64,000 bases of DNA from Tortispora ganteri (taxonomy: Eukaryota). The notes under the pieces were generated by a model that did no database searches, had not been told where the DNA came from, and was given only the letters and a program-made list of their open reading frames with translations. The position numbers and the translations under genes are program-made. This document shows, piece after piece, positions 33,452-44,700 of this stretch. The DNA lies in the NCBI GenBank assembly GCA_003707115.1, contig PPNB01000008.1:124001-188000 (forward strand). Reading direction: 5' to 3'. Position 1 is the stretch's first letter, and the number at the start of each line of letters is the position of its first letter.

Positions 33452-34561
33452 CTACATCTTCTCGAGGTTATTGAGAACTGCACGAGTGAAGTCAGAGGTA
33501 GTGTTGTTTCCTTTCAAGTCAGCTGTGCGGACCTTTCCGTCAGCAAGTACTTTGTAGGTGGCATCGGAGATTCTAGTAGCATAGTCATCAAGACCAAGGT
33601 GACGAAGCATCATAGAAGCAGACAAGATCATAGCAGCAGGATTAGCTTGGTCCTTGCCCTTAATATCGAGTCCGACATGTCGGCAACCAGGCTCAAAGAC
33701 AGCGTATTCAGTGCCGATGTTGCAGCCAGGAATAAGACCGGGTCCGCCGACCAATGCGGACCCAATGTTGGACAAAATGCTGCCGTATAAGTTAGGAAGC
33801 ACAAGGACATCAAACTGTTGAGGATAAGAAACGGCTTGCATAGAGGCATTGTCCACAATCATGTCCTTGCACTCGATGCCGGGATACTCTTCGCCGACGT
33901 CACGAACGGTCTGTCGGAAAAGGCCATCAGCGAGCTTCATGATGTTAGCCTTGTGAATGCAAGTAACGAGCTTGCGATTGTTCTTCAATGCAAAATCGAA
34001 AGCAAAACGCGCTATTCTCTCACTCTTCTCGCGAGTAATAATCTTCAAGGATTCCACTACGCCGGAGACCGATTGGTGCTCTAGGCCAGAGTACTCGCCC
34101 TCAGTATTCTCGCGGATAAGAGCAAAATCTACATCTTTGTGGCGAGTGTTGACACCGGGTATGCTCTTAATGAGCACAACATTAGCGAAAATGTCTAATT
34201 CTTGACGCAGGGCAACGTTGAAAGATGCATGGCCAGACCTGTCTACGGGAGTAAACAGGATACCTTTAAGACCAATCTTGTTGCGCTTCAAGGACAGAAC
34301 ACTCTCGTTAAAGGCTTCGGTTTTATTGCCTACACCGGTTACGTTAATAGTTTCCCAGTCAATGGGTACATTCTCCGCCTTAAAGATTTCTTTTACGGAA
34401 TCTGTGACTTCAGCTCCGATACCGTCACCAGGAATGAGGGTAACTGTGTAGGTACCGCCATACTTCTTTGGTCTGAAAACGTCAGAGATCGAAGTAGCAC
34501 TGCGAGTGCTGTTGCGGACAATTCCGCTCGTAACTGATTTGCTTGACAATTGTCTCAACAT
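33452..34561 (-). CDS. IDH1: NAD-dependent isocitrate dehydrogenase subunit 1, mitochondrial
   Basis: Presequence, KKYGGTYTVTLIPGDGIG, FEPGCRHVGLDI. Confidence 0.94.
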   Translation of the reverse strand: MLRQLSSKSVTSGIVRNSTRSATSISDVFRPKKYGGTYTVTLIPGDGIGAEVTDSVKEIFKAENVPIDWETINVTGVGNKTEAFNESVLSLKRNKIGLKGILFTPVDRSGHASFNVALRQELDIFANVVLIKSIPGVNTRHKDVDFALIRENTEGEYSGLEHQSVSGVVESLKIITREKSERIARFAFDFALKNNRKLVTCIHKANIMKLADGLFRQTVRDVGEEYPGIECKDMIVDNASMQAVSYPQQFDVLVLPNLYGSILSNIGSALVGGPGLIPGCNIGTEYAVFEPGCRHVGLDIKGKDQANPAAMILSASMMLRHLGLDDYATRISDATYKVLADGKVRTADLKGNNTTSDFTRAVLNNLEKM

Positions 34562-34716
34562 CTTCGAAGCAGAATGTGTGGGTAAGCTATCTCTTCTGCA
34601 AAGGTACTGTAGAAAGTAGAGAGAGTATACGGGATACCCGGGACAAAAGATAATAGTGTTCCCAAATCATCCGGCCATACCCTGGACCCTTATCCTTCTG
34701 ATCAATCTGTTCAATT

Positions 34717-35085
34717 TTAGAATGCTGGCGGGCCGGAAACGTGGGACGCTACAGAATCAGAAGGCGCAGTACGAGCCGGTAACGGTACGGCAATTCCCGG
34801 ACCAGACCGCAGTCTGCTGGCAGTTCCAGTCAAAGGTGCGCCTTCGACGCTGAGGGAGATGACCTGCTCGCCGCGAAGGACAATAAGGCCTAAAGTGCGC
34901 CGCTGTTCGACAGGGTTACCCGGCGGAGATTTCTTGGTCACTCTAAACTCCTCAGTGTCTGCGAGAACGAGATTCATGTGCTTATCGAAGGCTAGGAGCT
35001 GGCCAGAGAGCTGGCTACCGTTTTCAGTTGTGACTCTGAGACGATAATCAATTAAGTCCGCTAATTTAGCTCTTTTTAACGGCAT
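34717..35085 (-). CDS. SMB1: Spliceosomal Sm B protein
   Basis: GQLLAFDKHMNLVLADTEEFR and RRTLGLIVLRGE Sm motifs; ATG at 35085. Confidence 0.92.
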   Translation of the reverse strand: MPLKRAKLADLIDYRLRVTTENGSQLSGQLLAFDKHMNLVLADTEEFRVTKKSPPGNPVEQRRTLGLIVLRGEQVISLSVEGAPLTGTASRLRSGPGIAVPLPARTAPSDSVASHVSGPPAF

Positions 35086-35202
35086 TATAGTGAGCGAAAT
35101 GCGGCTGTTGATGCAAATGTGAGGAGGTCGAAAGATCGTGTTGGGGGGCACTATGAGTGGGAGCAGTGGCAGTCGGTTGCTAGGAAAAGCGCTGGAATAG
35201 AG

Positions 35203-35226
35203 GCCCTAACTATAGGGCTGTGACTG
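35203..35226. promoter_or_regulatory. RPL11 promoter: inverted Tbf1-like sites (GCCCTAA / TAGGGC) abutting Homol-D box TGTGACTG
   Basis: GCCCTAACTATAGGGCTGTGACTG about 100 nt upstream of the RPL11 ATG. Confidence 0.65.
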
Positions 35227-35323
35227 TGTATTTGTCCCAAGCAAAGACTGCTAAACTCACAACGACGCATTGAAACGTACACTTACATCTCATTTCACAC
35301 CTCATCATTCTCAAAACTACGAA

Positions 35324-35851
35324 ATGGCTGACGACAAAGGATCTAACCCCATGAGGGACATTAAGATTGAGAAGCTCACATTGAACATTTGCGTTGGTGA
35401 ATCTGGTGACAGACTCACTCGTGCCGCTAAGGTGTTGGAGCAGCTTTCTGGTCAGACCCCCGTTTTCTCGAAAGCCAGATACACTGTCCGTACTTTCGGT
35501 ATCCGTCGTAACGAGAAGATCGCTGTCCACGTTACTGTCCGTGGTCCTAAGGCTGAAGAGATTTTGGAGCGTGGCCTCAAGGTGAAGGAGTTCGAACTCC
35601 GCAAGCGCAACTTCTCCGATACCGGCAATTTTGGTTTTGGTATTGCTGAACACATCGATATGGGTGTCAAGTATGATCCTGGCATAGGTATTTATGGTAT
35701 GGATTTCTACGTTTGCCTCGGACGTGCTGGTAACCGTGTTTCCCGAAGGAAACGATGCCACGCTAAGGTCGGCGCCTCTCACCGTGTTACCCAAGAGGAT
35801 TCCATTAAGTGGTTCAAGCAGAAGTACGATGCTGTTGTCCTTAACAAGTAA
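35324..35851 (+). CDS. RPL11: 60S ribosomal protein L11 (uL5), intronless
   Basis: [37 protein letters not shown] at 35324. Confidence 0.97.
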   Translation: MADDKGSNPMRDIKIEKLTLNICVGESGDRLTRAAKVLEQLSGQTPVFSKARYTVRTFGIRRNEKIAVHVTVRGPKAEEILERGLKVKEFELRKRNFSDTGNFGFGIAEHIDMGVKYDPGIGIYGMDFYVCLGRAGNRVSRRKRCHAKVGASHRVTQEDSIKWFKQKYDAVVLNK

Positions 35852-36064
35852 TATCTTCTCTGTCTTGTTTACCCTTGTTTATGACCCCCCACTTCCCAAA
35901 GAAATCTACCTCTACTTTATGCGTAGACGAACAAATATTCACAGTCCTGGACTATTTTAAACGCTCTGTATATTTCCCGTAGTCAGGTGGTAGCTCCTTT
36001 TCCTCCCTGCTACCATCTCCAATTTGACCCCACCAAAACTCTATTTGCGTTTCATCCATTCACT

Positions 36065-38377
36065 ATGGACACTTTAGAAGACCAGATAAGGGACCTCAAA
36101 GCGAAAAACACCCAGTTGTGGTCCATAGTTGAGCAGCAGCGTGCTCTCATATACAAGCTGCAGTCCGAGATTGACTCTCGCGATGGCAGATCTCCTGCCA
36201 GCAAACCGGCTTCCCCTGTCCTCAATATTCCACCTCGCTCTCCTTCTAGACCATCCTCCAGTCCAGCCAGAAGTCTTCCTGTCTCTACATATTCTTTATC
36301 ACTAATATCACCGTCAAATTCGCAGCGCGAGAACCTCACACTTGCGGAATTGTCCTTAGATCACCCCGCTACCCCATCGGCTGCGTCCTCTGACTATGCA
36401 CCTAACGGCATATCTGATTCCCCGCTAGCCGCGCCTCCTCCACTCTCTGGCTCTCCCACACATCTATCGTTTTCAGAACCACATTCTACTACTTTTGCAC
36501 CACCGGCCCCCGCTTCGCTATCGTTTGATCCTGTCAAACCGGTCGATTCCTCCTTCGCTCCCCGTGGTGCCAGCCTCGCCCAGGACAACCGCTACTCTTT
36601 CTTATCCCCAGACACATATTTCCCTCCGAACTTCACTATTCCAGAATCAGGTTCTCTCAGTACACAACCAGACAAGCCACAGAACACACATCTGCTTGTT
36701 CAACCAGAGGATCTGTACCTCTACACAGTTCACATTCATTCTTCGCGCCTAGAGGGCTCGAAAGTCAGACGAAATAAAGCATCCGACGCCACCATAATAA
36801 TAACGGTACATGACCGCGAATCCGACAAGGAGCTTTGGCGCGTTTCGAAATCCCTGCAGAGTCTGATCACATTCGACAACACGGTGAGACCTATGTTGTC
36901 AGCTAGCATGCTCCCTAGGGTTCCCGATAAGAACCTTTTCGCTTCTCATACACCTTCGCGTATCGAAGCACGCAACGACATGCTCGAGGCGTATTTCCAA
37001 GCTATTCTCGCGTATCCACTGCTCTCGGACGACCTTGCAGGCAAGCTGTGTCTTTATCTTTCTGAAGATTTTGTAGATCCGCATACATTTGAGGACGTTT
37101 ACTACCGTAAAGAAGGCTATCTCACCAAAAAGTCCAAGAAATTTAATTCCTGGAAAATGAGATATTTTGTTTTAGACGGTCAAGTCCTTGAAATCTACGA
37201 CAAACCGAACGGATCGAAAATCGACACTATACGTCTCTTTGGTTCTTTTGTTCGACGCCCTTTAACAACGTCATCGGCAATTCCTGGCGATACCCCTGAC
37301 GAGGCTGAACGCGATTATAAAAATGGGATCATTATTTTAGAACCTAAGAAAAGAGATCACCAGTCTTTCACGAAACACGTTTTGTGTGCCGATACTCCTT
37401 CAGAGCAATCGTCCTGGTTGGAAGCGTTGCTCGAGTTTATGGACAACACAGATGATTCTTTGAGAGTATCAGCAAACCCTCCTCGCGCTAACTTCTCTAC
37501 ACCAGCCTATAAATCGGATGAATTCTATGCAATTGGTTATGATCCAACTCCGCAAGTTGCCTTTTCTCCTTCCTTGACGCAACAGCTGAGCAATCAGAAC
37601 GACTCTTCTGAGGACGCCTCCTCGAGAAAATCACCGAAAAAGAAAGGTGGTCTATTCAGATTTAGGTCAAAAGGAACCCCTATACAAGAAGAGCATGCCA
37701 GGCGGCCTCTTTGTCTGGATTCTGATGATGAAGATGACGACTCTACTTCACTGTCTTTACAGCTTTCTGTTTCGTTAGATAACTTCCAAGACATTTCTAA
37801 CACTGTATTTGGCAAACCACTAGATTACTCGGTCAAACCTGTCTCCAAAAACAGCTCCTTCATGGTACCTACAGTGATACTACGTTGTCTTGAATTCTTG
37901 GATCACGAAGATGCGCACCTGCAGCAAGGCATTTTCCGTTTGAGTGGCTCTTCTTCTACTGTACAGGCTCTTAAAGCGGCTTTCAACAAAGACCCCGATC
38001 TTGATTTGATTGGATACTTCAAATGCGCAGATATATACGCTGTTCATGCAGTTACAGGTACGCTTAAGCTATATTTACGTGAACTCCCTGAAGTGCTCAT
38101 ACCGCGGAACATTCGATCTGCTTTAGGTGACGCATTGAAACTTGAAGATCATGAAGCCGCCATTTATCAGTGCACCAAAGTCGTTGAAAATCTACCACAA
38201 GTCAACCATAATGCTCTGTCGATTTTGCTGAGCTATTTATCGAAAATTGTGGACTTCTCAGATCAAAACAAAATGAATGCTAAGAATCTCGGTATTGTGT
38301 TCTCTCCAACTATCAATATTCCTGCTGCTGTGTTCTCGTTTCTTATTATCCATTCCTCAGCAATCTTCCAGATGTGA
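36065..38377 (+). CDS. PX-PH-RhoGAP protein (Bem3-like)
   Basis: PX-like region, PH (KEGYLTKKSKKFNSWKMRYFVL), RhoGAP (GIFRLSG, LKLYLRELP, NKMNAKNLGIVFSP). Confidence 0.85.
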   Translation: MDTLEDQIRDLKAKNTQLWSIVEQQRALIYKLQSEIDSRDGRSPASKPASPVLNIPPRSPSRPSSSPARSLPVSTYSLSLISPSNSQRENLTLAELSLDHPATPSAASSDYAPNGISDSPLAAPPPLSGSPTHLSFSEPHSTTFAPPAPASLSFDPVKPVDSSFAPRGASLAQDNRYSFLSPDTYFPPNFTIPESGSLSTQPDKPQNTHLLVQPEDLYLYTVHIHSSRLEGSKVRRNKASDATIIITVHDRESDKELWRVSKSLQSLITFDNTVRPMLSASMLPRVPDKNLFASHTPSRIEARNDMLEAYFQAILAYPLLSDDLAGKLCLYLSEDFVDPHTFEDVYYRKEGYLTKKSKKFNSWKMRYFVLDGQVLEIYDKPNGSKIDTIRLFGSFVRRPLTTSSAIPGDTPDEAERDYKNGIIILEPKKRDHQSFTKHVLCADTPSEQSSWLEALLEFMDNTDDSLRVSANPPRANFSTPAYKSDEFYAIGYDPTPQVAFSPSLTQQLSNQNDSSEDASSRKSPKKKGGLFRFRSKGTPIQEEHARRPLCLDSDDEDDDSTSLSLQLSVSLDNFQDISNTVFGKPLDYSVKPVSKNSSFMVPTVILRCLEFLDHEDAHLQQGIFRLSGSSSTVQALKAAFNKDPDLDLIGYFKCADIYAVHAVTGTLKLYLRELPEVLIPRNIRSALGDALKLEDHEAAIYQCTKVVENLPQVNHNALSILLSYLSKIVDFSDQNKMNAKNLGIVFSPTINIPAAVFSFLIIHSSAIFQM

Positions 38378-38467
38378 TCTACAAGCACAATTGAACGCTC
38401 TATTACTGTATTATTATCAATTTTCCATATCATAAACCGTCTTAATAGAAATATTACTTGTGCACTA

Positions 38468-41400
38468 CTATTTTTCTCTAGAAGAACGAGATATGTTCCA
38501 ACTCACTCGACGCTGTAAACTGTTTCCAGCAGGTATACTAACAGATCGTGTTGGTATCGCGGACATGGGCCCTTGGTTTGTAGCAGACCCATTAACGCGT
38601 TGCAGCTGTCTTCGAATGAAGTCACCGGCGTTCCCAGGTAGATCAATCTTCTCTAAGTTCTCAATTTTAGCCCCATTCAGAATTATCAGTTCGGCTAGAG
38701 GGAAATAAGTGGCGTTGGTGTCGCTCTTGAGGTAAGATACAACAACAAGATCGCTCGTTTCTTGTTCTGGGTTCATCCTGATATCCGGCTTTGCACCAAA
38801 AGCAAAGGCACGCATCAGTAAAGGAATGTCTTTGTTAGAGACAGCTTGTCTCAGTAACGTATCGCCATCATGCGTTTTATTCAGAAACTTGCGCTCATTA
38901 TATTTAGCCATGATAAACGCAGACTTCTCAGACTTATCAGCATTGGGCTGCGGTTTCAATTCAGGAAGCAGCTGTGCTTCCCATATATCATTTGACAGCT
39001 TGTTATTATACATTTTTATGGCTTCAATGAAATCGGGTGTAAACGACACAGTATCCAGAGTCAACGAACGTACTTTGCTAATGTGAGTGCCTAATGACCT
39101 ATGCACTCCTCCACAATCAATGCAAAGTGTTATCATCAAATTAATAGAAATCCAGGACGGATCAGGACTGTTGCAATCTGCGCATTTGCAGTTACTTTCG
39201 CTAATTCCCTTGATTATTGACAATATATTCAACTGATCCGTTTCAACTTTAAATGAGGGTAGATTTAATCTTCTTCCGGGCACTATAGGTTTGGCCAAAT
39301 TTCGAATGTTCTCACTAACAGTATTGCGCTTGTTCACACTAGATAAGCCTCTCGAAAGTACGTTCTGAATATTGTTGGAACCATGCTTCGTATGTATCGG
39401 CGTAGAACTTCCTTCTTGACCAACAGTAGACTCAGAGCCATCTAAACTAGACACAATGGCATTAGATATAGCGGATATCCACGACTCCATGTCATCCTCA
39501 CTTGTCGCCTGATAAATTCGCTTATACGAAGGAGTAACCACTTCGAAACAAAACCGTCTTTCTTTGCTTCGAGCTTCACGTACCTGCGCAAGTTGCAAAT
39601 TAATTGGCTCGTTATGCATTTCTGGATTCTGTTTCCAGTTAGTGTATTCAGAAAGTCTTCCACTGGAAACGGTCACCCAGTACTTATGCCAACCTGATAT
39701 GTTCAAATTGATGCCTTCGCCAATTGTGACAGGCCGGTTTAACGCCCAAAGCAAACCTTCTTTGCGTGCATTTTTTGAAACAACATCTAAATCAGAATCA
39801 GCATTTGACGAAAATGGAGAAACGGGAGAGCTTATATTAGAGACCTCCCTAGGTGCGGGTGATTTCGGGCCAAAACTGCCACTAAGTGGCTTCTTCTCAC
39901 GGATACTCGATTGCTTTTGCAGTGCTCTGCGTTGTTCTTCACGTCCAGACCGTTGTTTAATCCATTCTTTATTGGTTTCTCCAGCTGACTGCAGTAGTGT
40001 GTCAAGTTCAGGCTTCAAAATCTGAATATTGTTAGCAGCGTCGAGGTAAGAACGTGCCTGTGCTTCGCCATATTGGCACAGTTGGTACACTATTTCGTTT
40101 TCCTTGCGACCACCATGAAGATCTTGCATAAACGAATAATAATCAAATCGGTGCAGTTCGAATGTTTTCTTTTTATCCTGGTATTTTATGTCAATGTCAT
40201 GCTTTTTCTTTCCGGCCTGTTCCTGCTTAGACAAATAGCGTGAAGTCCAGTTATAGTACTCTTTTGATTCTTCATCGAACTCTTTCTTACGAAATTCGGC
40301 AGATTTGATGTCCACATCGTACAAATGTTTCACGGGTTCGATAACAAAATTCAGAAGGTCTTTGCAGCTGGTACTCTGAAAGTTAAGAATAATTCTTCCG
40401 ACACGTTCGAAATAAAAGTCGTAAGTGTTTTTGAAAGGAGAATTTTCGGCCTCTGACAGTGACTTTAAACAATTTAAAAACTGTCCGTACTGTTCGTTGC
40501 TAGCTAATTGAGATTCATAGGCACTTTGAGCAGACTTTAGTAGTTTTTTCATTTTAGCACGCTGCGCTGCAGTGCGTTTTTCTAAATCAGCCATAGTTGC
40601 TCGGAAAACTGGGCCGTCTTCAGGATGGTTGAGATCTTCTGGTCTAGGAGGCATTACCAGGCCGATTGGAGTAGATGCTCGCGGGCTAACGCCGGCTTCA
40701 AGAACAGGAATATTGATAGAGGAAGGAGTGACAAGAATCTCGGTTGAGTCACTTTGAGAGGATTCTGAAGGACATATGCGCAGACCATTGAGACTGGGAA
40801 GTGAAGAAGGGCTAAAGGGATCTTCAGCGTATGAGCCGCTAGAGGGTATAAGCGAAGGCGATATTGCAGACATAGCTGCAGCTGAGTCTAGTAGCGGGGA
40901 ACCGGGCGTTTTGGGCAAATCTTGGATCCAAAATGAAAATTGGACTAAAGGACAAAGAGCGTGTGCTTCTTTATTATAGTCTGCAAAACAAATAGAGCTC
41001 CTCCAACCATGGTACCTTGTATTGATCGTAGTGTAAGGTGTCCATGTCCATTCCCAGATGAACTTGAGAGAAGGCTGTCCGTTAGTAGAGTAGTCACCCA
41101 ACAAACGGGCATTCGGATAGGTATGCATATTAGGATTTTGTTTAAAGTCCCTGTTGATAATATTGTCTATGTCTTTAGCACTTGAGGCATGGATGAATGT
41201 AAACCCGTTTAGTGAAGTGTCAGCGCCATCGATCTGCGAAATGGTGAAGTGAAATTGCATTTTGAGAGGTCCAGATTTGTAGACTTTAAGCAGTAAAGGA
41301 GCAATACCATGTGCATCTACATCTTGCACAAATTCTACTAATCCATACTTAGCTTCTCTTTTCGCTGTGACCATAGTTGCCGGTGTAGAATCATTTGTCT

Positions 41401-41518
41401 CAATTGACAGGATTGTATCCTCGCCTGAGATCACATTTATAAGATCAAGACGTAGTCGCCGCTCATTCGCCATATATACCGCAGCTGGATCATTGAGACT
41501 GCTCGATACGGCCCCCAT
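38468..41518 (-). CDS. BAR-PH-ArfGAP protein (Age1/Csx2-like)
   Basis: EDGPVFRA BAR start, PH domain, CADC-x16-CIDC.GVHRSLG ArfGAP zinc finger. Confidence 0.88.
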   Translation of the reverse strand: MGAVSSSLNDPAAVYMANERRLRLDLINVISGEDTILSIETNDSTPATMVTAKREAKYGLVEFVQDVDAHGIAPLLLKVYKSGPLKMQFHFTISQIDGADTSLNGFTFIHASSAKDIDNIINRDFKQNPNMHTYPNARLLGDYSTNGQPSLKFIWEWTWTPYTTINTRYHGWRSSICFADYNKEAHALCPLVQFSFWIQDLPKTPGSPLLDSAAAMSAISPSLIPSSGSYAEDPFSPSSLPSLNGLRICPSESSQSDSTEILVTPSSINIPVLEAGVSPRASTPIGLVMPPRPEDLNHPEDGPVFRATMADLEKRTAAQRAKMKKLLKSAQSAYESQLASNEQYGQFLNCLKSLSEAENSPFKNTYDFYFERVGRIILNFQSTSCKDLLNFVIEPVKHLYDVDIKSAEFRKKEFDEESKEYYNWTSRYLSKQEQAGKKKHDIDIKYQDKKKTFELHRFDYYSFMQDLHGGRKENEIVYQLCQYGEAQARSYLDAANNIQILKPELDTLLQSAGETNKEWIKQRSGREEQRRALQKQSSIREKKPLSGSFGPKSPAPREVSNISSPVSPFSSNADSDLDVVSKNARKEGLLWALNRPVTIGEGINLNISGWHKYWVTVSSGRLSEYTNWKQNPEMHNEPINLQLAQVREARSKERRFCFEVVTPSYKRIYQATSEDDMESWISAISNAIVSSLDGSESTVGQEGSSTPIHTKHGSNNIQNVLSRGLSSVNKRNTVSENIRNLAKPIVPGRRLNLPSFKVETDQLNILSIIKGISESNCKCADCNSPDPSWISINLMITLCIDCGGVHRSLGTHISKVRSLTLDTVSFTPDFIEAIKMYNNKLSNDIWEAQLLPELKPQPNADKSEKSAFIMAKYNERKFLNKTHDGDTLLRQAVSNKDIPLLMRAFAFGAKPDIRMNPEQETSDLVVVSYLKSDTNATYFPLAELIILNGAKIENLEKIDLPGNAGDFIRRQLQRVNGSATNQGPMSAIPTRSVSIPAGNSLQRRVSWNISRSSREK

Positions 41519-41656
41519 ATTGGATCACACAACAGTTTTAAAGAGTTTTTTGGTGCAACAAATAGCGAGTCTCTTTCTGAGATGTGTTGGTACTACAAGT
41601 TGAGAGGTACGCTTCTTTAGTGTTGCTACGCCGGGTAGCTTTTCTTCCGATGAATC

Positions 41657-41723
41657 ATTTATTTATATATTTATATAAATAAATAAATAAATAAATAAAT
41701 ATATATATAAATATATATTTATA
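41657..41723. repeat. Pure A/T tract with (TAAA)n and (TA)n microsatellite
   Basis: About 65 nt with no G or C, between the PYC stop and the ArfGAP start. Confidence 0.8.
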
Positions 41724-41780
41724 ACTAATAACAAAATAATTTTGCTAACTTATTATTGTATAAATCAACTAAATAGACAT

Positions 41781-44700
41781 TTAAGATTTGATCTCAGCAA
41801 CCAAATCACTACCATCAACGGAATCGCCTTCTTTCACCTGAACGGAAGCAATCACACCGCTAGCAGGTGCAGAAATAACCATCTCCATCTTCATCGCAGA
41901 AATAACAACAAGAGGGTCACCCTTCTTGACTTCAGAGCCTTCCTTCACGCGCACTTCCACAACAACTCCTGACATAGGCGCACCAACTTGTCCGGGGTTG
42001 GAAGGATCAGCCTTGGGACGGGTCACAGACTCAACTGCAGCGTGCACATCGTCAACTGCAACCTGACGAATCTCACCATTCATCTCAAAGAAAACTTCGC
42101 GTTGCCCAGTGTTCTTTGACAAAGGTCCAATAGCAAGTAGTTTCATTATCAGCACCTTACCCTTCTCTATCTCAACGGCAAACTCCTCGTTGATCGCAGG
42201 CCTCGTAAGGAAATAGCGCGTAGGTACAACGCTTAAGTCACCGTACTTAGCAAGGAACTTCTTGTAGTCCTCAAATACTTTCGGGTACATAGTATAGCTG
42301 GCAACATCGTACTCTGTAATCTTGCCAAATTTCTTAATAAGATCCTTCTTGAGCTGATCAAAGTCGATAGGGGGAAGATACAATCCAGGTCGCTTCGTAA
42401 GTTTAGGGCGACTATTGCGGAGAATCTTAGTCCTGAAAGGTTCAGGGAATCCACCGTACGGTTGTCCCATCAAACCCTCAAAGAAGTCCAAAACGGAATC
42501 AGGGAAATCAAGTGTGTCTGCACGTTCCACAACCTCTTCTGGAGTAAGTTTGTTGGAAACCATAAACTGAGCAAGATCACCCACCACCTTGGAAGTCGGC
42601 GTGACCTTCACGATATCGCCAAGAAGAGCATTCGCCGCCTTATATGCCTTCTTAGTTTCTTCCCATTGAGTTCCAAGACCAAGCTGTTGGGCTTGGAAAA
42701 GCAGGTTAGTAAGTTGCCCACCGGGAATCTCGTGCTCATAGACTTCAGGATCAGGTCCCAAAAGAGGTGCTTCAAAGCAACTGTAAAGTAGTCTCATCTG
42801 AGCCCAGTAGCTGTCAATAGCACGGATATGCGCACGGTTCAAACCGGTATCAATGCTTCCATCTAATGAGGCAATTAATGCAGTGATTGACGGTTGTGAA
42901 GTCATTCCAGACATCGAATTAGATGCAGCGTCAACAACATCAGCACCTGCAGCAGCACAGGCAGCCATCGAAGCAACACCAGTACCAGCAGAATCATGAG
43001 TGTGCACATGGATAGGGAGGTCGGGATACTTAGCACGGATAGCACCAATCAGCAGAGTAGCAGCCTTTGGCTTCATAGTACCAGCCATATCTTTGATTCC
43101 AAGAATGTGTGTGCCCATACCAACAATTTCATCAACCATTTTCATGTAGTATTCCAAGTTGTACTTCTTGTCAGGATTAAGCATATCACCTGAATAACAT
43201 ACTGTGGCCTCAACAACACCACCAGCTTTCTTGACAGCAGTCACGCCAACCTTCAATTGCTCTAGATCATTGAGAGCATCGAATACACGGAAGACATCAA
43301 CTCCGCATTTCTTGGCTTGCTCGCAAAAGTGCTCAATAGCATTGTCGGGTAATGACGAATAAGCAACACCATTGGCGCCACGCAGCAACATTTGGAAGGG
43401 GATGTTAGGTACAAGAGCACGCAGCTTCTTAAGACGATCCCAAGGATCTTCGTAAAGGAAACGCATAGCAACATCAAATGTAGCACCACCCCAACATTCA
43501 AGAGCAAACGCACCAGAGAGGGCATAGGAAGTGCTTGGGGCAATATTGGCTAAATCAATAGTGCGTACACGTGTTGCTAGCAAACTCTGGTGGGCATCAC
43601 GCCAAGTAGTATCCATAACCAATGTTCCTTTGAAGTCTCTGACTGCTTTAGCAAATGCTTCAGGTCCATCTTTGACCAGAATGTTTCTCCAGCCTTCAGT
43701 ACATGGAGTACTAACATCAATAGGTCCATCAGGGCCTTGAAGTGTAGGAATGAGAGCATCTGTCGTGAGCTTGGGTTCGCCAACTTGGCCTTTAATGGAA
43801 CTTCCGTTGACAGCTAAGTCTCCTAGATAAGCGAGAAGTTTCTGAGCACGGTTTTGAGAAGTCATCATATCGAACAACCCAGGAGTATCGTCGATGAAAG
43901 TAGTCCAACAGCTACCTTTAATGAAAACATCATGAGTAAGTAGCGCGAGCAAGAATGGAATGTTAGTCTTAACACCACGAATACGGAACTCAACCAAAGC
44001 TCGGATGACTTTTCTTCGAGCAATTTCATAGGTAGAGCCAGAACACGTGCACTTGACCAACATAGAGTCGTAGTGAGGAGAAATGATAGCACCAGCAAAG
44101 CCGTTACCACCATCCAAACGAACACCATTACCGCCAGAAGATCGGTAGACCTCTATTTTACCAGTGTCAGGCTGGAAATTTTTGAGAGGATCTTCTGTAG
44201 TGATACGGCACTGAATTGCAAAACCACGAGTGGTGATGCGATCCTGAGTCAGACCAAGTTGAGGCAAAAGGGCACCTGCAGCAATTTGAATCTGAGCAGC
44301 GACAATATCGATACCAGTAATCTCTTCGGTGATGGTATGCTCGACTTGAATACGAGGATTGATTTCAATGAAGTAATGACGGTTTTGGTTATCAACCAAA
44401 AATTCGGCGGTACCAGCGTTGCTGTAGTTAACGCTTGTAGCAAGCTTGACAGCGTCGGCGAGAATGGCGTCACGGACTTCAGTAGGTAAGTCTTTAGCAG
44501 GAGCAATTTCGACCACTTTCTGATGGCGTCTCTGAACGGAACAGTCACGCTCGAACAAATGAACAACGTTACCGGCGGAGTCACCGAGCAGTTGAACTTC
44601 GATATGCTTGGGCTTGTCAAGAAAACGTTCGATAAAGCAGGTTCCGTTGCCGAAAGCAGTTTTAGCTTCGGAAGTTGCGCGGAGGAAAGCGTCGCGAATA

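Noticed and set aside
35210..35794. Long antisense ORFs over RPL11, PYC, SAM2, LEU1 and others
   Set aside because: Shadow frames expected from codon bias of highly expressed genes
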